In this document: in pieces, positions 27,063-43,348 of the stretch | How the letters are laid out: every line of letters begins with the position of its first letter | Position numbering within the stretch: position 1 is the stretch's first letter | NCBI GenBank assembly: GCA_951406725.2 | Contig: OX597841.1 | Coordinates: forward strand, 15,252,001-15,316,000 | From: Octopus vulgaris | Lineage: Eukaryota | DNA: 64,000 bases | Reading direction: 5' to 3' | The notes under the pieces: generated by a model | The model's input: the letters and a program-made list of their open reading frames with translations, nothing else | Told to the model about the DNA's origin: nothing | The model's database searches: none | Translations under genes and position numbers: made by a program

Positions 27063-28448
27063 TGCTTTTTTTTTTTCAGTTAGATTTAGTTAGATTTATG
27101 AAGGTCTTCAGTAGAAAATCCTTCGAATTCTGACTCGCTGCTTGATATAATGAAATTCGTATCCATTTTTTGTCAGAATTACAAATTTTGAAAACACAAT
27201 AGGAACAAATTTCGGAAAAAAATCTCCCATAATTCACGGAATTAAAATTACACTTCGATTTTTGTACAAAACTGTAGTTGAAGTGTTTACGAAGTATAAT
27301 ACGTGTTTTCACGAATGTACTAAAGAGATTTGCTCTGATATTCTCATTTAAATATGAATAGGTAAATTCGGGCGGCTTGGTAACTATATATAAGTGTCGT
27401 CTGTTTATACATAAACACTGTTTCATACTGCAATTATGTATACATATATCTATATATAATATTATATAATAAAATATATACAGAGTAAAATAAAAACCAA
27501 TTTACCTTTTCTGTCCTCCGTGTGTCTTTGCAAATGTGTTGGAATGATAAGTGAGTTGTGTTTTTGCGCCTTTTTTACTAATAACAAACACACACGTGTT
27601 TGTATGTAGTTGTATGTGTATGTAGTTGTATGTAGTTGTATATGTATGTGTATACGTGTGTGTGAGGAATGACACACACACACACTCTCGCAAGCACACA
27701 TGTACATCAATGCTTTCGGAGTGATATGTTAAAATATTGAGTTTTCTCGAATTTTGTCTTAATTGGGGGTGAAATTGAAAGAAATATATTATGGCATGAG
27801 CGAATGGAGTACTTTGAAAAATCTTAGGTAAATTCTAATTGAAGAAATTGTGTGAGGACTAAATGGTTATGTATTTATTTGTTTCTGTTTGCTGTGTTTT
27901 TTTATTTTTTGAGTAGTGGTTTAATTACTTTCAGTTTAGGCTTCCTCAAATCACTCTGTCGCTATTTACTTTCATTTTATTCGTTGCCCACTGTGTGTGT
28001 GCGTTTGCGTGTGGTGTAAACCAGACTAAGAAAAGCATTTGACACACACACAAGAATGTGAGTTTTCTGTAAATTTTGCTTAATTGGAGTTTAAATTTTA
28101 AAAACTGGACCTGGCATGACGCAATGCATTGTACTCTTAAAAATGCAAGGTAAATTGTAATTAAAGAAATCCTATATTGTAGATTTGTATAACTCCCAAA
28201 GGGAGGCAGATAAAATCTGCCTTTTATAATAAGAGATACAATATTGTTCATATTATGGACGTATCTCTACCGGGATTTTTTTAATGTAATTTTTCCTACT
28301 TTTACTCTCTCATATATAATCGGTCTAATTGAATCGCTAAATACCTTTAAAGTTTTAGACATTTTTCATACCAAGAGCATTTACCTGAAATCCAGTTCAA
28401 CGGATACATTCGATTAACGATATATATATATATATAAATATATATATA

Positions 28449-29060
<612 letters not shown>

Positions 29061-29450
29061 GGAGGCGCAATGGCCCAGTGGTTAGGGCAGCGGACTCGCG
29101 GTCATAGAATCGCGATTTCGATTCCCAGACCGGGCGTTGTGAGTGTTTATTGAGCGAAAACACCTAAAACTCCACGAGGCTCCGGCAGGGGATGGTGGTG
29201 ATCCCTGCTGTACTCTTTCACCACAACTTTCTCTCACTCTTACTTCCTGTTTCTGTTGTACCTGTATTTCAAAGGGCCGGCCTTGTCACTCTCTGTATCA
29301 CGCTGAATATCCCCGAGAACTACGTTAAGGGTACACGTGTCTGTGGAGTGCTCAGCCACTTACACGTTAATTTCACAAGCAGGCTGTTCTGTTGATTTGG
29401 ATCAACCGGAACCCTCGTCGTCGTAACCGACGGAGTGCTTCCATCCATCC
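29061..29450 (+). mobile_element. SINE family C, tandem duplicate of 28563-28952
   Basis: Only two differences seen by eye. Confidence 0.9.
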
Positions 29451-29474
29451 ATTATTATTATTATTATTATTTTT

Positions 29475-29680
29475 ACTGAGGGCACAAGGCCTCAGATTTG
29501 GAAGAAAGGATTAAGTAGATTACATCGACCACGGTACATAACTGGTACTTAATTTATCGGCCCCGAATGGATGAAAGGCAAAAGCGACCACGGCGGAATT
29601 AGAACACAGAACGTAGCCTCGGGCGAAATACCACCAAGCATTTAACCCGGCGTGCTAACGTTTCTGCCGGCTCGCCCCGC
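29475..29680 (-). mobile_element. SINE family B (short-tail variant)
   Basis: Family B match. Confidence 0.8.
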
Positions 29681-29683
29681 GTT

Positions 29684-32397
<2,714 letters not shown>

Positions 32398-32398
<1 letters not shown>

Positions 32399-32856
32399 GG
32401 GCTACAGCAAATATTCTGCTCAATACCACAGATTTGCTTGTCAGTTGTTTGTCCTTAACCAGTTGAGCATGTCCCTTAGTGGCTGATGATATGTGCATTT
32501 CTGATCACGAGCAGAAGTAGTGGGGGAGCATCATAGCCATATGTTGAGAGGGATTCTTTGGGGTTTGAATAATTCACCACTAGAAACGTGGGTGTTTCGT
32601 TCAACATCCTTAAACAACCCTTATTCAGGGACCTTTTGAGCGGGATGGGCTACTCAACCTGAAGAAAATTCTAACTGGGCCCCACCTGCAAGGTCATGTG
32701 CTGTTTATCTTGATATGAGATCACCATGTCGCGCACATATGGTTGTGATGCATGTGCCTGGTGTACCTTTATCAGACGGGTAGTCATGATGGGTATATTG
32801 GGCTTCGTATATTTTACCCCAGTGTCACTTTGATGGCATGCACTGCTCTCTCACTC
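32398..32856. mobile_element. Family D element, second copy in (AAT)n
   Basis: Same ends and length as 2406-2864. Confidence 0.85.
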
Positions 32857-32922
<66 letters not shown>

Positions 32923-33271
32923 CTATATATAGCAAACATGGTCTCACATTTAATTGAGATACCAACCAGACGAACTAGTTTTCGAGCTAACGAGTTCTTA
33001 ATGCCAGTATGTCAGTGTGTTTGAACTAATAAATGGTAAACAGGGGAAAACAGGAACGAAATGTGTTTATAACGAAATAAAATTATGAAAAATTGAAAGT
33101 TTTAATGAGATATATATGCGGAAGTAATTAAAAGTGTATATAAAATTGAATTATAATGAAGTTAATTTAGTAATTGATTTACAGACGATGGCGATAAATA
33201 ATGTTATGAAAATATAAGAATTTGTGTAAAAAAAAAAGAAAGGCAAGAGGGTTTTTTTTCTTGTTTTTGTT

Positions 33272-33645
33272 ATTGTTTGAGTCATCTAACTGCGGCCATG
33301 CTGGGGCAGCGCTCCGCCTTGAAGAATTTCTTTGAGAATTGATCGACCCAGTACTTATTATTATGTTATTTTATGTTTTTTTAATAGTCTGGTACTTATT
33401 CTATCGGTTCCTTTTGCCAAAGCGCTAAGTTACAAGGATGTAAACGCATCAACGCCGGTTGTCAAGCAGGAGTGGGGGACAAACACAGACACAAAGACAC
33501 ACACACACAATATATATATATATATATATATTGGTCTGCTCGCTTAGCCAGCGGGGTGGCGTCATTTGAAGGCTAAAACAATGCGAAGCGCATTGTGACC
33601 AGCGATGTGTAGCAACATCTGATAGCTTGGTCGGTGACGGTGACA

Positions 33646-33688
<43 letters not shown>

Positions 33689-33870
33689 GTATACGCTGGG
33701 CTTCTTTCAGTTTCCGTCTACCAAATCCACTCACAAGGCTTTTGTCGGCCCGAGGCTGTAGTAGAAGACACTTGCCCATGGTGCCACGCAGTGAGACTGA
33801 ACCCGGATCCGTGTGATGTTGTTGAAAAGGAAACTTGTTAACACACGGCCACGTCTACACCGTCGTCACG
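33272..33870 (-). mobile_element. SINE family A with a foreign retroposon tail (33535-33648) inside its (TA)n
   Basis: Family A halves flank an unrelated segment ending in (GGTGAC)n. Confidence 0.75.
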
Positions 33871-34199
33871 CCCGCACCTGTAACTAAACAAAATTCTGAA
33901 AAATTGAAACTTTTAATGAGATATATGCGGAAAAAAATAAAAATAAGAATACATAAAATGGAATTATAATGAGGTTAATTTCACAACTGATTTAAAGACG
34001 ACGGCAATAAATTATCTCACAAAAATACAAGACAAATATATGAAACATCTTAATAGATTTTAGCCTGTCTTCATACTCTAAGCCATTACCAACCTAGAAG
34101 GCCTTGCGGATTTTTTGTTATATATCTGTTAATTTAATATCTTCATTTTCAATATTAGAGTAGTTAGTGTAATTTTCAACGTGGCTGTAGTTCATACTC

Positions 34200-34460
34200 A
34201 TCATCGTTGTAAATCGTGCGTCTGAAGAACTTTGATGATATAACAACGAGTCTTCTTGATTAAACGCGAGTTCTCCATCTGCCTCGTTACTCTTGTCCAC
34301 CCAGCTCAGTGATATTGGTCGACCGTTATGTTCTTTGACTGCCTCTTCACTTACTACCCTATACTCTTCCTTCCAGGAAAATGATTTCCAGACCTCTGTG
34401 TCTTCGAATATGGCCATAGCAGATAAGATTTTGTTGTTTTACAATGTTCAACAAACACCC
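34200..34460 (-). mobile_element. RTE-clade LINE C-terminal remnant
   Basis: [34 protein letters not shown] resembles the RTE FGHIMR...LEGKVEGKR.RGRPR motif. Confidence 0.7.
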
Positions 34461-34864
<404 letters not shown>

Positions 34865-35236
34865 ATATATAATATAATAAAATAAACCTTTACATATAAT
34901 ATAAATAACGTGAAATACACGAAGGGACGAACATAAGAAACAGACGGGTCATTCAAAGCCTTCGTTCTTCTCAGAAACCGATTCGTCATCGCAAATTTCG
35001 GCTGTTTAATTCTGAGTCTGCTCTGAATCGGCCAGCCCCAGAAGGAAAGAATGCAACGCAACAGAGACGAACACGAAACGAAAAAAACTTTTTTGAAGAC
35101 GGTAATGGTTAAAAACATGGATGACACAAGCGCCCTACGGCTTTGAGACAAAAGGAGACACAAAAACAATTTATCAGCAAGCGTGGAAAAATAATTACCT
35201 TTTCGGTGAGGAGACACATGTTGAATATATATATTG

Positions 35237-35580
35237 TCATGACACTCCGTCGGTTAAGACGACGAGGGTTCCAGTTGATCCGATCAAAATTAACGTGCAA
35301 GTGGCTGAGCACACCATAGACACATGTACCCTTAACGTAGTTCTCGGGTAGAGTCAGCGTGACACAGAGTGTGACAAGGCTGGCCCCTTTGAAATACAGG
35401 TACAACAGAAACAGGAAGAAAGAGAGAAAGTTGTGGTGAAAGAGTAGAGTAGGGTTCACCGCCACCCACCTGTCTTCAGTCTTGGAGCTTTAGGCGTTTC
35501 CGCTCAATAAACACTCATGGAATCGAAACCGAGATCGTACGACCGCGAGTCTGCTGCCCTAAACACTGGGCCATTGCTCC
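35237..35580 (-). mobile_element. SINE family C, diverged
   Basis: Reverse-complement match to 28563-28952. Confidence 0.85.
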
Positions 35581-35618
35581 ACCACATTATATATATATAT
35601 ACATATATATACATATAT

Positions 35619-35779
35619 ACGACAGGCTTCTTGCAGTTTCCATGAACCAAATCCACTCACAAGGCTTTGGTCGGGCCGAGGCTATAGTAGAAGACACTTG
35701 CCCAAGGTGCCACGCAGTGGGACTGAACCAGGAACCATGTGGTTGGGAGCAAGCTCCTTACCACACAGCCACGCCTGTG

Positions 35780-35782
<3 letters not shown>
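35619..35782 (-). mobile_element. SINE family A, 5' half
   Basis: Family A match. Confidence 0.85.
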
Positions 35783-35843
<61 letters not shown>

Positions 35844-36040
35844 TGTATGTATGTATGTATGTATGTATGTATACACTCACACATTTAATCAGATTATTGA
35901 TATAAATAATAGATAGTCGTGTAATTATATCTATATATTCGTCGGGGGGCGGGTAGGGGGAGGAAAGGAGTATTTGTTTGTATTTTGGTATCGAACACAT
36001 TAAACTACATCTAAACGCATCACTGTATAGTCCTCCATAT

Positions 36041-36084
<44 letters not shown>

Positions 36085-36167
36085 CTCTGTATTGCTGGCA
36101 TACAAATGTAAATCTAATTTCCTCATGATAATGTAAAATGTTAATAAATCTTTGCTTCGAATACATG

Positions 36168-36205
<38 letters not shown>

Positions 36206-36237
36206 ACACATACGTATATGTATATATTTCTATATCG

Positions 36238-36283
<46 letters not shown>

Positions 36284-36346
36284 CTATATCGTTATATATA
36301 TATGTATATGTATATATTCACACACATATGTATATGTATATATTTC

Positions 36347-36385
<39 letters not shown>

Positions 36386-36529
36386 TTGCGTATGTATATA
36401 TAAATATATATACATATATACATATGTATGAATATGTATATATATTTATATACACCCGTATATATATATATATATACATATATATTCATATATATTCATA
36501 TGTGTATATATAGCTATATTTACATATAT

Positions 36530-36572
<43 letters not shown>

Positions 36573-36587
36573 AATATATATATATTC

Positions 36588-36636
<49 letters not shown>

Positions 36637-37007
36637 GATATGCAAATAAATGCTTTTGCATTAATAAACAAAATTTTACTTTAAAAATATTCCATATATC
36701 ATCTCGTGTTTCCATTTTTCTATCAAATCTGATAAAATTAAAAAAGAAAAAAAAAAGTTGAAATTTCTGGTTATTCCTTTCTTCCTTCCTTTCTTCCTTC
36801 CTTCGTCAGCAATATTTCAGTGAACGCAGCCATAATCATTTACGCCCCACCCTCTCAAACTCTCAACCAACCACGGCCCCACAATGCATCATACCAGCCT
36901 GTCGACTCCTTTCTAATTTATTGCGTGTTATCTGAAGCAGTGCAGCCTGAAAACCTCTTCACCTACTTTCTGAGCCCGCTGCCCGGCATGCTAGAAATAG
37001 CAGATGA

Positions 37008-37810
37008 ATTCTTGTGGTAAGTAGCTTGTTTACCGTGGAGGCGCAATGGCCCAGTAGTTAGGGCAGCGGACTCGCGGTCATAGGATCGCGGTTTCGATTC
37101 CCAGACCGGGCGTTGTGAGTGTTTATTGAGCGAAAACACCTAAAAAAAGCTCCACGAGGCTCCGGCAGGGGATGGTGGTGATCCCTGCTGTACTCTTTCA
37201 CCACAACTTTCTCTCGCTCTTACTTCCTGTTTCTGTTGTACCTGTATTTCAAAGGGCCGGCCTTGTCACTCTCTGTGTCACGCTGAATATCCCCGAGAAC
37301 TACGTTAAGGGTACACGTGTCTGTGGAGTGCTCAGCCACTTACACGTTAATTTCACGAGCAGGCTGTTCCGTTGATTCGGATCAACCGGAACGCTCGTCG
37401 TCGTAACCGACGGAGTGTTTCCATTAAGCTTGTTTACCAACCTCATAGTTCCGGGTTCAGTCCCACTGCGTGGCACCTTGGGCAAGTGTCTTCTTCTATA
37501 GCCTCGGGCCGACCAAAGCCTTGTGAGTGGATTTGGTAGACGGAAACTGAAAAGAAGCCCGTCGTACATATGTGTATATATATATGCGTGTGTGTGTTTG
37601 TGTGTCTGTGTTTGTCCCCCTAGCATCGCTTGACAACCGATGCTGGTGTGTTTATGTCCCCGTTACTTAGCGGTTCGGCAAAAAAGAGACCGATAGAATA
37701 AGTACTGGGCTTACAAAAAGAATAAGTCCCGAGGCCGAGTTGCACGATTAAAGGCGGTGCTCCAGCATGGCCGCAGTCAAATGACTGAAACAAGTAAAAG
37801 AGTAAAAGAG
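37008..37810 (+). mobile_element. SINE family A interrupted by a SINE C
   Basis: Family A head split by the insertion; remainder colinear. Confidence 0.9.
37035..37426 (+). mobile_element. SINE family C with 12-bp target-site duplication
   Basis: AGCTTGTTTACC at 37023-37034 and 37427-37438. Confidence 0.92.
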
Positions 37811-38224
37811 TATAGGTGTGTGTGTGCGCGGTGGTGAGGCTCTCGTTCGTTAGTTCTGGTATTGTGGGGAGCTTAGAGTCATCCCTCATTTACTATTAAC
37901 CCCAGGTCGGTTCTGATTCAGAAGAGTCTATGATTTAAATTGATTTCTCAAGGGTAGAAGAGGCTCCCTTTATTTTTGACAAAACCACAGGGAAGGCAGC
38001 TCTTCTACGAGAAAGAACCCGACATAAAAGTTCCAGTCAAGATAGTTACCAGTTATCTTGGTTTGCTTGCCACTGGATCCAACCATGGCGACCAAGAAGA
38101 GGCTATCATCATGACTGTTTGTATGTACACACACACACACACACACACGCTCCCCCCGTACACACACATGCATACTTGCATATCTATGTATATATATAAG
38201 TTCATCAAAAATTTAGATTCAAAT

Positions 38225-38498
38225 GAATATGGTACTTAATTTAGATGCACCAGAATTTTGAATGGTGTTATCCATAAAAATCCGTGGGATGATTATAGTC
38301 AAAATAAGCAACAAGAATGACTCCGGTAATTTGGTACGATCGTTTCGTACTACATCATTTTATTAATGGAAAACCTTTATAATTGGCTGATGAGTACTCA
38401 GCATCTTAAATCTGTTGTAATACTTAAAACATTTAAAAAAAATGATGTAGTACGAAACGATCGTACCAAATTACCGGAGTCATTCTTGTTGCTTATTT

Positions 38499-38500
<2 letters not shown>
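38225..38500. mobile_element. Penelope-like terminal repeat in inverted arrangement
   Basis: 62-bp perfect inverted repeat (38300-38361 / 38439-38500) overlapping a hammerhead; related to 50140-50270. Confidence 0.7.
38381..38472 (+). ncRNA. Type I hammerhead ribozyme, intact core
   Basis: AAUUGG-CUGAUGA-GUACU..AGUAC-GAAA-CGAUCG-UA-CCAAAUU, with palindromic stem III. Confidence 0.75.
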
Positions 38501-38557
<57 letters not shown>

Positions 38558-38560
<3 letters not shown>

Positions 38561-39358
38561 TTATGGACCGCTGAAATCTTGAAATCTACAAGTTTTTTCC
38601 CATTCTCTCTCTGTTTATTGCCTTTTATTCCTTTCGGTTGAAGGAAAGGAATAAGCGGAAACAAATGTTCGAAGTGGTGGCCATGTAACTCTAAACAAGT
38701 GTTCATACAGAATTTGAAATTGCGATGAAACCCTCTTGAATTGCTCTTCACTGCTTTTGACTTGTTCACATGCGTCAACAATTCTTTGAAGAAGATGTCC
38801 TTGGCCATGAATCTTTTAAGAAAACATAAGGGATTTAATGTAGCCCCCAGAAGACAAAGTCCATGGGAGTTAAATCTGGTAACTGCGGTACTCATTCAAT
38901 TGGACCGCGATGCCTGAGACATCTCTTTGAAAAAATTTCATTAAAAAGAATCATGTCGTGCCCCAGCATGGCCGCGGCCTTCGGGCTAAAACATTTTAAA
39001 GGATTTAAGGATTTAAGGAACCTGTAATGCATAATGGGATAGGTGGGGCCCCATCCTGTTGAAACCAGACAAGATCTACCCTTCCAAGGAAAAGCATGTG
39101 AGGCATCATCTTGTTGCCAAGCATGTCCAGATACGAATCACCTGTCACAGAGCCCTCAAAGCAAAAGGGTCCACTTCCTTGATTGTGCCAAATCCCACAC
39201 CACACCATCACCTTGGCCCCTGCCTTGTTGATTATCTGCCTCCATCCAATGAGGATTGGTTTGTGAATAATATCAGCAGTTGGGAAAAGAGATAAAAAAA
39301 TAAGAGAAAATGTTAGCAATTTCACATTCTGCCGGATGGTGTGTGCCTTTGTGGCCAC

Positions 39359-39362
<4 letters not shown>
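38558..39362 (-). mobile_element. Decayed rosa/DD41D Tc1/mariner element, internally deleted
   Basis: TA|AGGGTGGCCAC terminus; KVMVWCGIW..GPFCFEGSVTGDSYLDML..WFQQDGAPP, RGPIE*VPQLPDLTPMDFVFWG, GHHFEHL. Confidence 0.85.
38956..39020 (+). mobile_element. LINE/SINE 3' tail inserted in the mariner ORF
   Basis: TGCCCCAGCATGGCCGC stem followed by (GGATTTAA)n. Confidence 0.7.
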
Positions 39363-39420
<58 letters not shown>

Positions 39421-39514
39421 GGAAGCTTTACGAAAATAAACAAAAGACGAAGGCAGGTGGAATACAAACAAACAATTGTATTAGTATGGCGCTCAGGAAT
39501 ATAAATAAAACAAG

Positions 39515-39552
39515 TCTTTTACGTTTCGAGCCTACGCTCTTCAACAGAAAGA
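39515..39552 (-). ncRNA. Minimal type I hammerhead motif in a small PLE-like repeat (39417-39625)
   Basis: UCUUU-CUGUUGA-A-GAGC(GUAG)GCUC-GAA-ACGU-A-AAAGA; A6U core variant. Confidence 0.65.
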
Positions 39553-39624
39553 TACACAGAAAAGAAACACGGAAAGAAACAAGGAGAGAAAAAAAATGCG
39601 TGCAGAAGCTAGCGAATCAACATG

Positions 39625-40067
39625 GTGATCTACCAGTCCGTCAGGCGTCCATTTGACACCGCTGGTTACAGCACGCTGTCCACTCCTCTCTGGATCGCGC
39701 CTTTCTCATCCACGTGATCCCAATCGTCCTCCTGAAATCGTAACTCCACCGTCATGGAGGTCTTCCGAGTGGTCTTTTCCTCTCACGCGGGTACCACTCG
39801 AAAACTGCATGCGTCCACCAATTATCGGTGAGCCGGGCGACGTGTCCAGCCCATCTATACTTGCTGCGTGTATAGTCTGCGATGACATCTCTCATGCCAG
39901 ACTTCTTTCTGATGATCTTGCTACTGATGTGCTCTCTCAACGAGATACCAAGCATTGACCTTTTCATGGCTCTTTGAGCCGTTACCAGTCTTTGCTCTTC
40001 TCTCTTTGTGGTAGCCCATGTTTCACTACCATATAACATTGCAGGCAGAACTGCACTGTTGATGAGG

Positions 40068-40070
<3 letters not shown>
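39625..40070 (-). mobile_element. RTE-clade LINE 3' fragment
   Basis: VLPAMLYGSETW...QRAMKRSMLGISL...RWAGHVAR...WYPRERKRPLGRPP*RW. Confidence 0.9.
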
Positions 40071-40105
<35 letters not shown>

Positions 40106-40111
40106 CATATA

Positions 40112-40154
<43 letters not shown>

Positions 40155-40610
40155 GGTGGTTGTGGTGCTGCTGTTAGTGGTGGTGGTGGTGGTGGTGGTG
40201 ATAGTGGTGGCGTGGTGGTGGCGTGGTGGTGGTGGCGGGGGCGTGGTGGTGAGGTGGTGGTGGTGGTGTGATGGTGGTGGCGTGGTGGTGGTGACGGTGG
40301 CGTGGTGGTGTCGTGGTGGTGGTGGTGTGATGGTGGTGGTGGTGGTGGTGATAGTGGTGGTGGCGTGGTGGTGGCGTGGTGGTGGTGGTGGTGGCGTGGT
40401 GGTGGCGTGGTGGTGGTGGCGTGGTGGTGGTGGTGTGATGGTGGTGGTGGTGGTGGTGGTGGTGGTGATAGTAGTGGTGGTGGCGATGGTGGTAGTGGTG
40501 GTGGTGTTGCTGCTGTTGCTGATGGCGATGGTGTGGGGGTGATGGTGGGGTTGGTGATTTCAATGACGATAGTATTGGTTGTGGTGGCGCTGGTGGTGGT
40601 GGTGGTGATG
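40155..40610. repeat. (GGT)n microsatellite
   Basis: Directly visible. Confidence 0.9.
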
Positions 40611-40812
40611 TCTGGGTTTGTTTTACTCTGTATTTGTTTTTGTTTTTTATTTTTTTTTTTCGAGTCTTGGTATCCAAATGAGGAAATATTACTTTCAAGC
40701 CCATTAGCTTCCAAAACAACAACAACAACAGCAACAACGACAACAAAAACAACAACAATATTCGCAACAACGAGAACCAACTGGAATAAAAAGCAGTGAA
40801 GTTAACAGCTGA

Positions 40813-40862
<50 letters not shown>

Positions 40863-41008
40863 TGATGATGATGATGATGATGATAAACAGTAACAATCCC
40901 AGTATTAACAACATTAAACCAAAAAATTTATATAGACACAAATCCAAATAAATAACATTGATGTGTATAACATTATAAGCAAGGTGTGTATGTATGTATG
41001 TATGTATG

Positions 41009-41072
<64 letters not shown>

Positions 41073-41083
41073 GTATATATATG

Positions 41084-41145
<62 letters not shown>

Positions 41146-41154
41146 CACCAATAA

Positions 41155-41409
<255 letters not shown>

Positions 41410-41479
41410 AAGCTAGTCCGTTTAAGACCAGGCAGTGCAGAGTTCGAAGGCTGGCCTGTTTAAGACCAGGCAGTGAAGG

Positions 41480-41680
41480 GCGGCGTGAGCTGGCAGAATC
41501 GGTAGCGCGCCGGGCAAAATGCCTAGCGTATTTCGTCCGAGTTCAAATTCCGCCGAGACCGATTATGCCTTTTTTCCTTTCGGGGTCGATAGATTAAGTT
41601 CCAGTTGCGTACAGGGGTCGATCTAATCGACTAGCCGCCCTCCCCCAAAATTTCGGGCATTGTGCCTAAAGTAGTAAAGG
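41480..41680 (+). mobile_element. SINE family B (short-tail variant)
   Basis: Family B head and core, then CCCTCCCCCAAAATTTCGGGC.TTGTGCCT tail. Confidence 0.85.
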
Positions 41681-42058
41681 AAGGGTTCAATCTGTGTGTC
41701 AGGGATCCTCAACAGAGTTCGTTTCCTTTCGTCTGTGAAAAAAAGGGGGACAAGGCGGGGGTTGGGGGTAGGTTAGGTGTGGGAGCACAAAATCGGTTCG
41801 ACGGGCCGCAACCGTTATTAAAAGGCCGAGTACTCCGTTTCACATTATATTCATACCATGCTGAGTCTTCCTGCGGAATTTACGTCACGCGAAAAATGAC
41901 TGCGGTGTACGCAGCCACTCACGACCTAATTCAGTGTGTAAAGCTGTTCAGCTTGATCGATCGAATGCAACAACACTCGTCGTCGCAACTGACGGAAATC
42001 CATTTAGCTAATGTGTCTACATACCCATCACACCCACTCTCTCTTCCCCCTCTATACT

Positions 42059-42123
<65 letters not shown>

Positions 42124-42405
42124 TATACATATATACATATACATACATATACATATATATACATATATACATATACATACATATACATATATATATAGAT
42201 ATATATACATATATGTATATATCAATATATACGTATATATATATACATATATATATATTTATATATGTATATATACATATATATATATATGTGCATATAC
42301 ATATATACATATACATACATATACATATATATATATATATACATATATATCAATATATACATATATATATGTATATATATATATACATATATATATGTAT
42401 ATATG

Positions 42406-42472
<67 letters not shown>

Positions 42473-42564
42473 GTGTACGTAGTTATACACACATTGTATA
42501 AATATGCATTCACATACGCTTACGTATGTATGTGCATATAAATACGTGTTTATAAATAAATGCA

Positions 42565-42628
<64 letters not shown>

Positions 42629-42929
42629 TATTACATTACACACGTCACAAGAATTGCATTAGTTTTTAATAACAGATTAGAACAGGAAGAGAATAGGAAA
42701 AAAAAACATATGACCCATTCCTCCACCTCGATACACACACAAACACACACATGTATATATATATATTTAGGCGAATAGTCTGTAACCTACGCGCATGCGC
42801 ACACGCCGGCATTTATTCATACACATATATATCCGGAAGCATGTTCCGCATACAAACGCACGTATACATACATACGTACGCAACATTTTTCTATATCACG
42901 TTAATGTGCCTCTACACACATACACACAC

Positions 42930-43335
42930 ACACACACATCCATACCTACACACACTCACACACACACGCACACATCCATACCTGCACACACACATCAATA
43001 CCTACACACACACACACATCCATACCTACACACACTCACACACACACACATCAATACCTACACACACTCACACACACATCCATACCTACACACACCCACA
43101 CACACATCCATACCTACACACACTCACACACACATCCATACCTACACACACTCACACACACATCTATGCCTACACACACACACACATCCATATCTACACA
43201 CACACATCCATACCTACACTCACACACGCACATCCATACCTACACACACACACACACTCATCCATACCTACACACACACACACACTCATCCATACCTACA
43301 CACACACACACACATCCATACCTACACACACACAC
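42930..43335. repeat. (CA)n-derived minisatellite, unit (CA)n-TCCATACCTA
   Basis: Repeated ATCCATACCTACAC units. Confidence 0.9.
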
Positions 43336-43348
43336 GAACAGTTATATG

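Noticed and set aside
27063-28420. Host exon in the long AT-rich non-microsatellite block
   Set aside because: Only short ORFs without recognisable motifs; cannot be supported without transcript data.
34118-34417. Plausible-looking 99-aa ORF (MAIFEDTEVW...)
   Set aside because: Alternative frame of a decayed RTE LINE; the RTE motifs are in another frame of the same strand.
37976-38115. Coding exon or RTE remnant
   Set aside because: Similarity too weak to assign by eye.
42930-43335. CRISPR-like repeat/spacer pattern
   Set aside because: The spacers are (CA)n, the context is eukaryotic and there are no cas genes.
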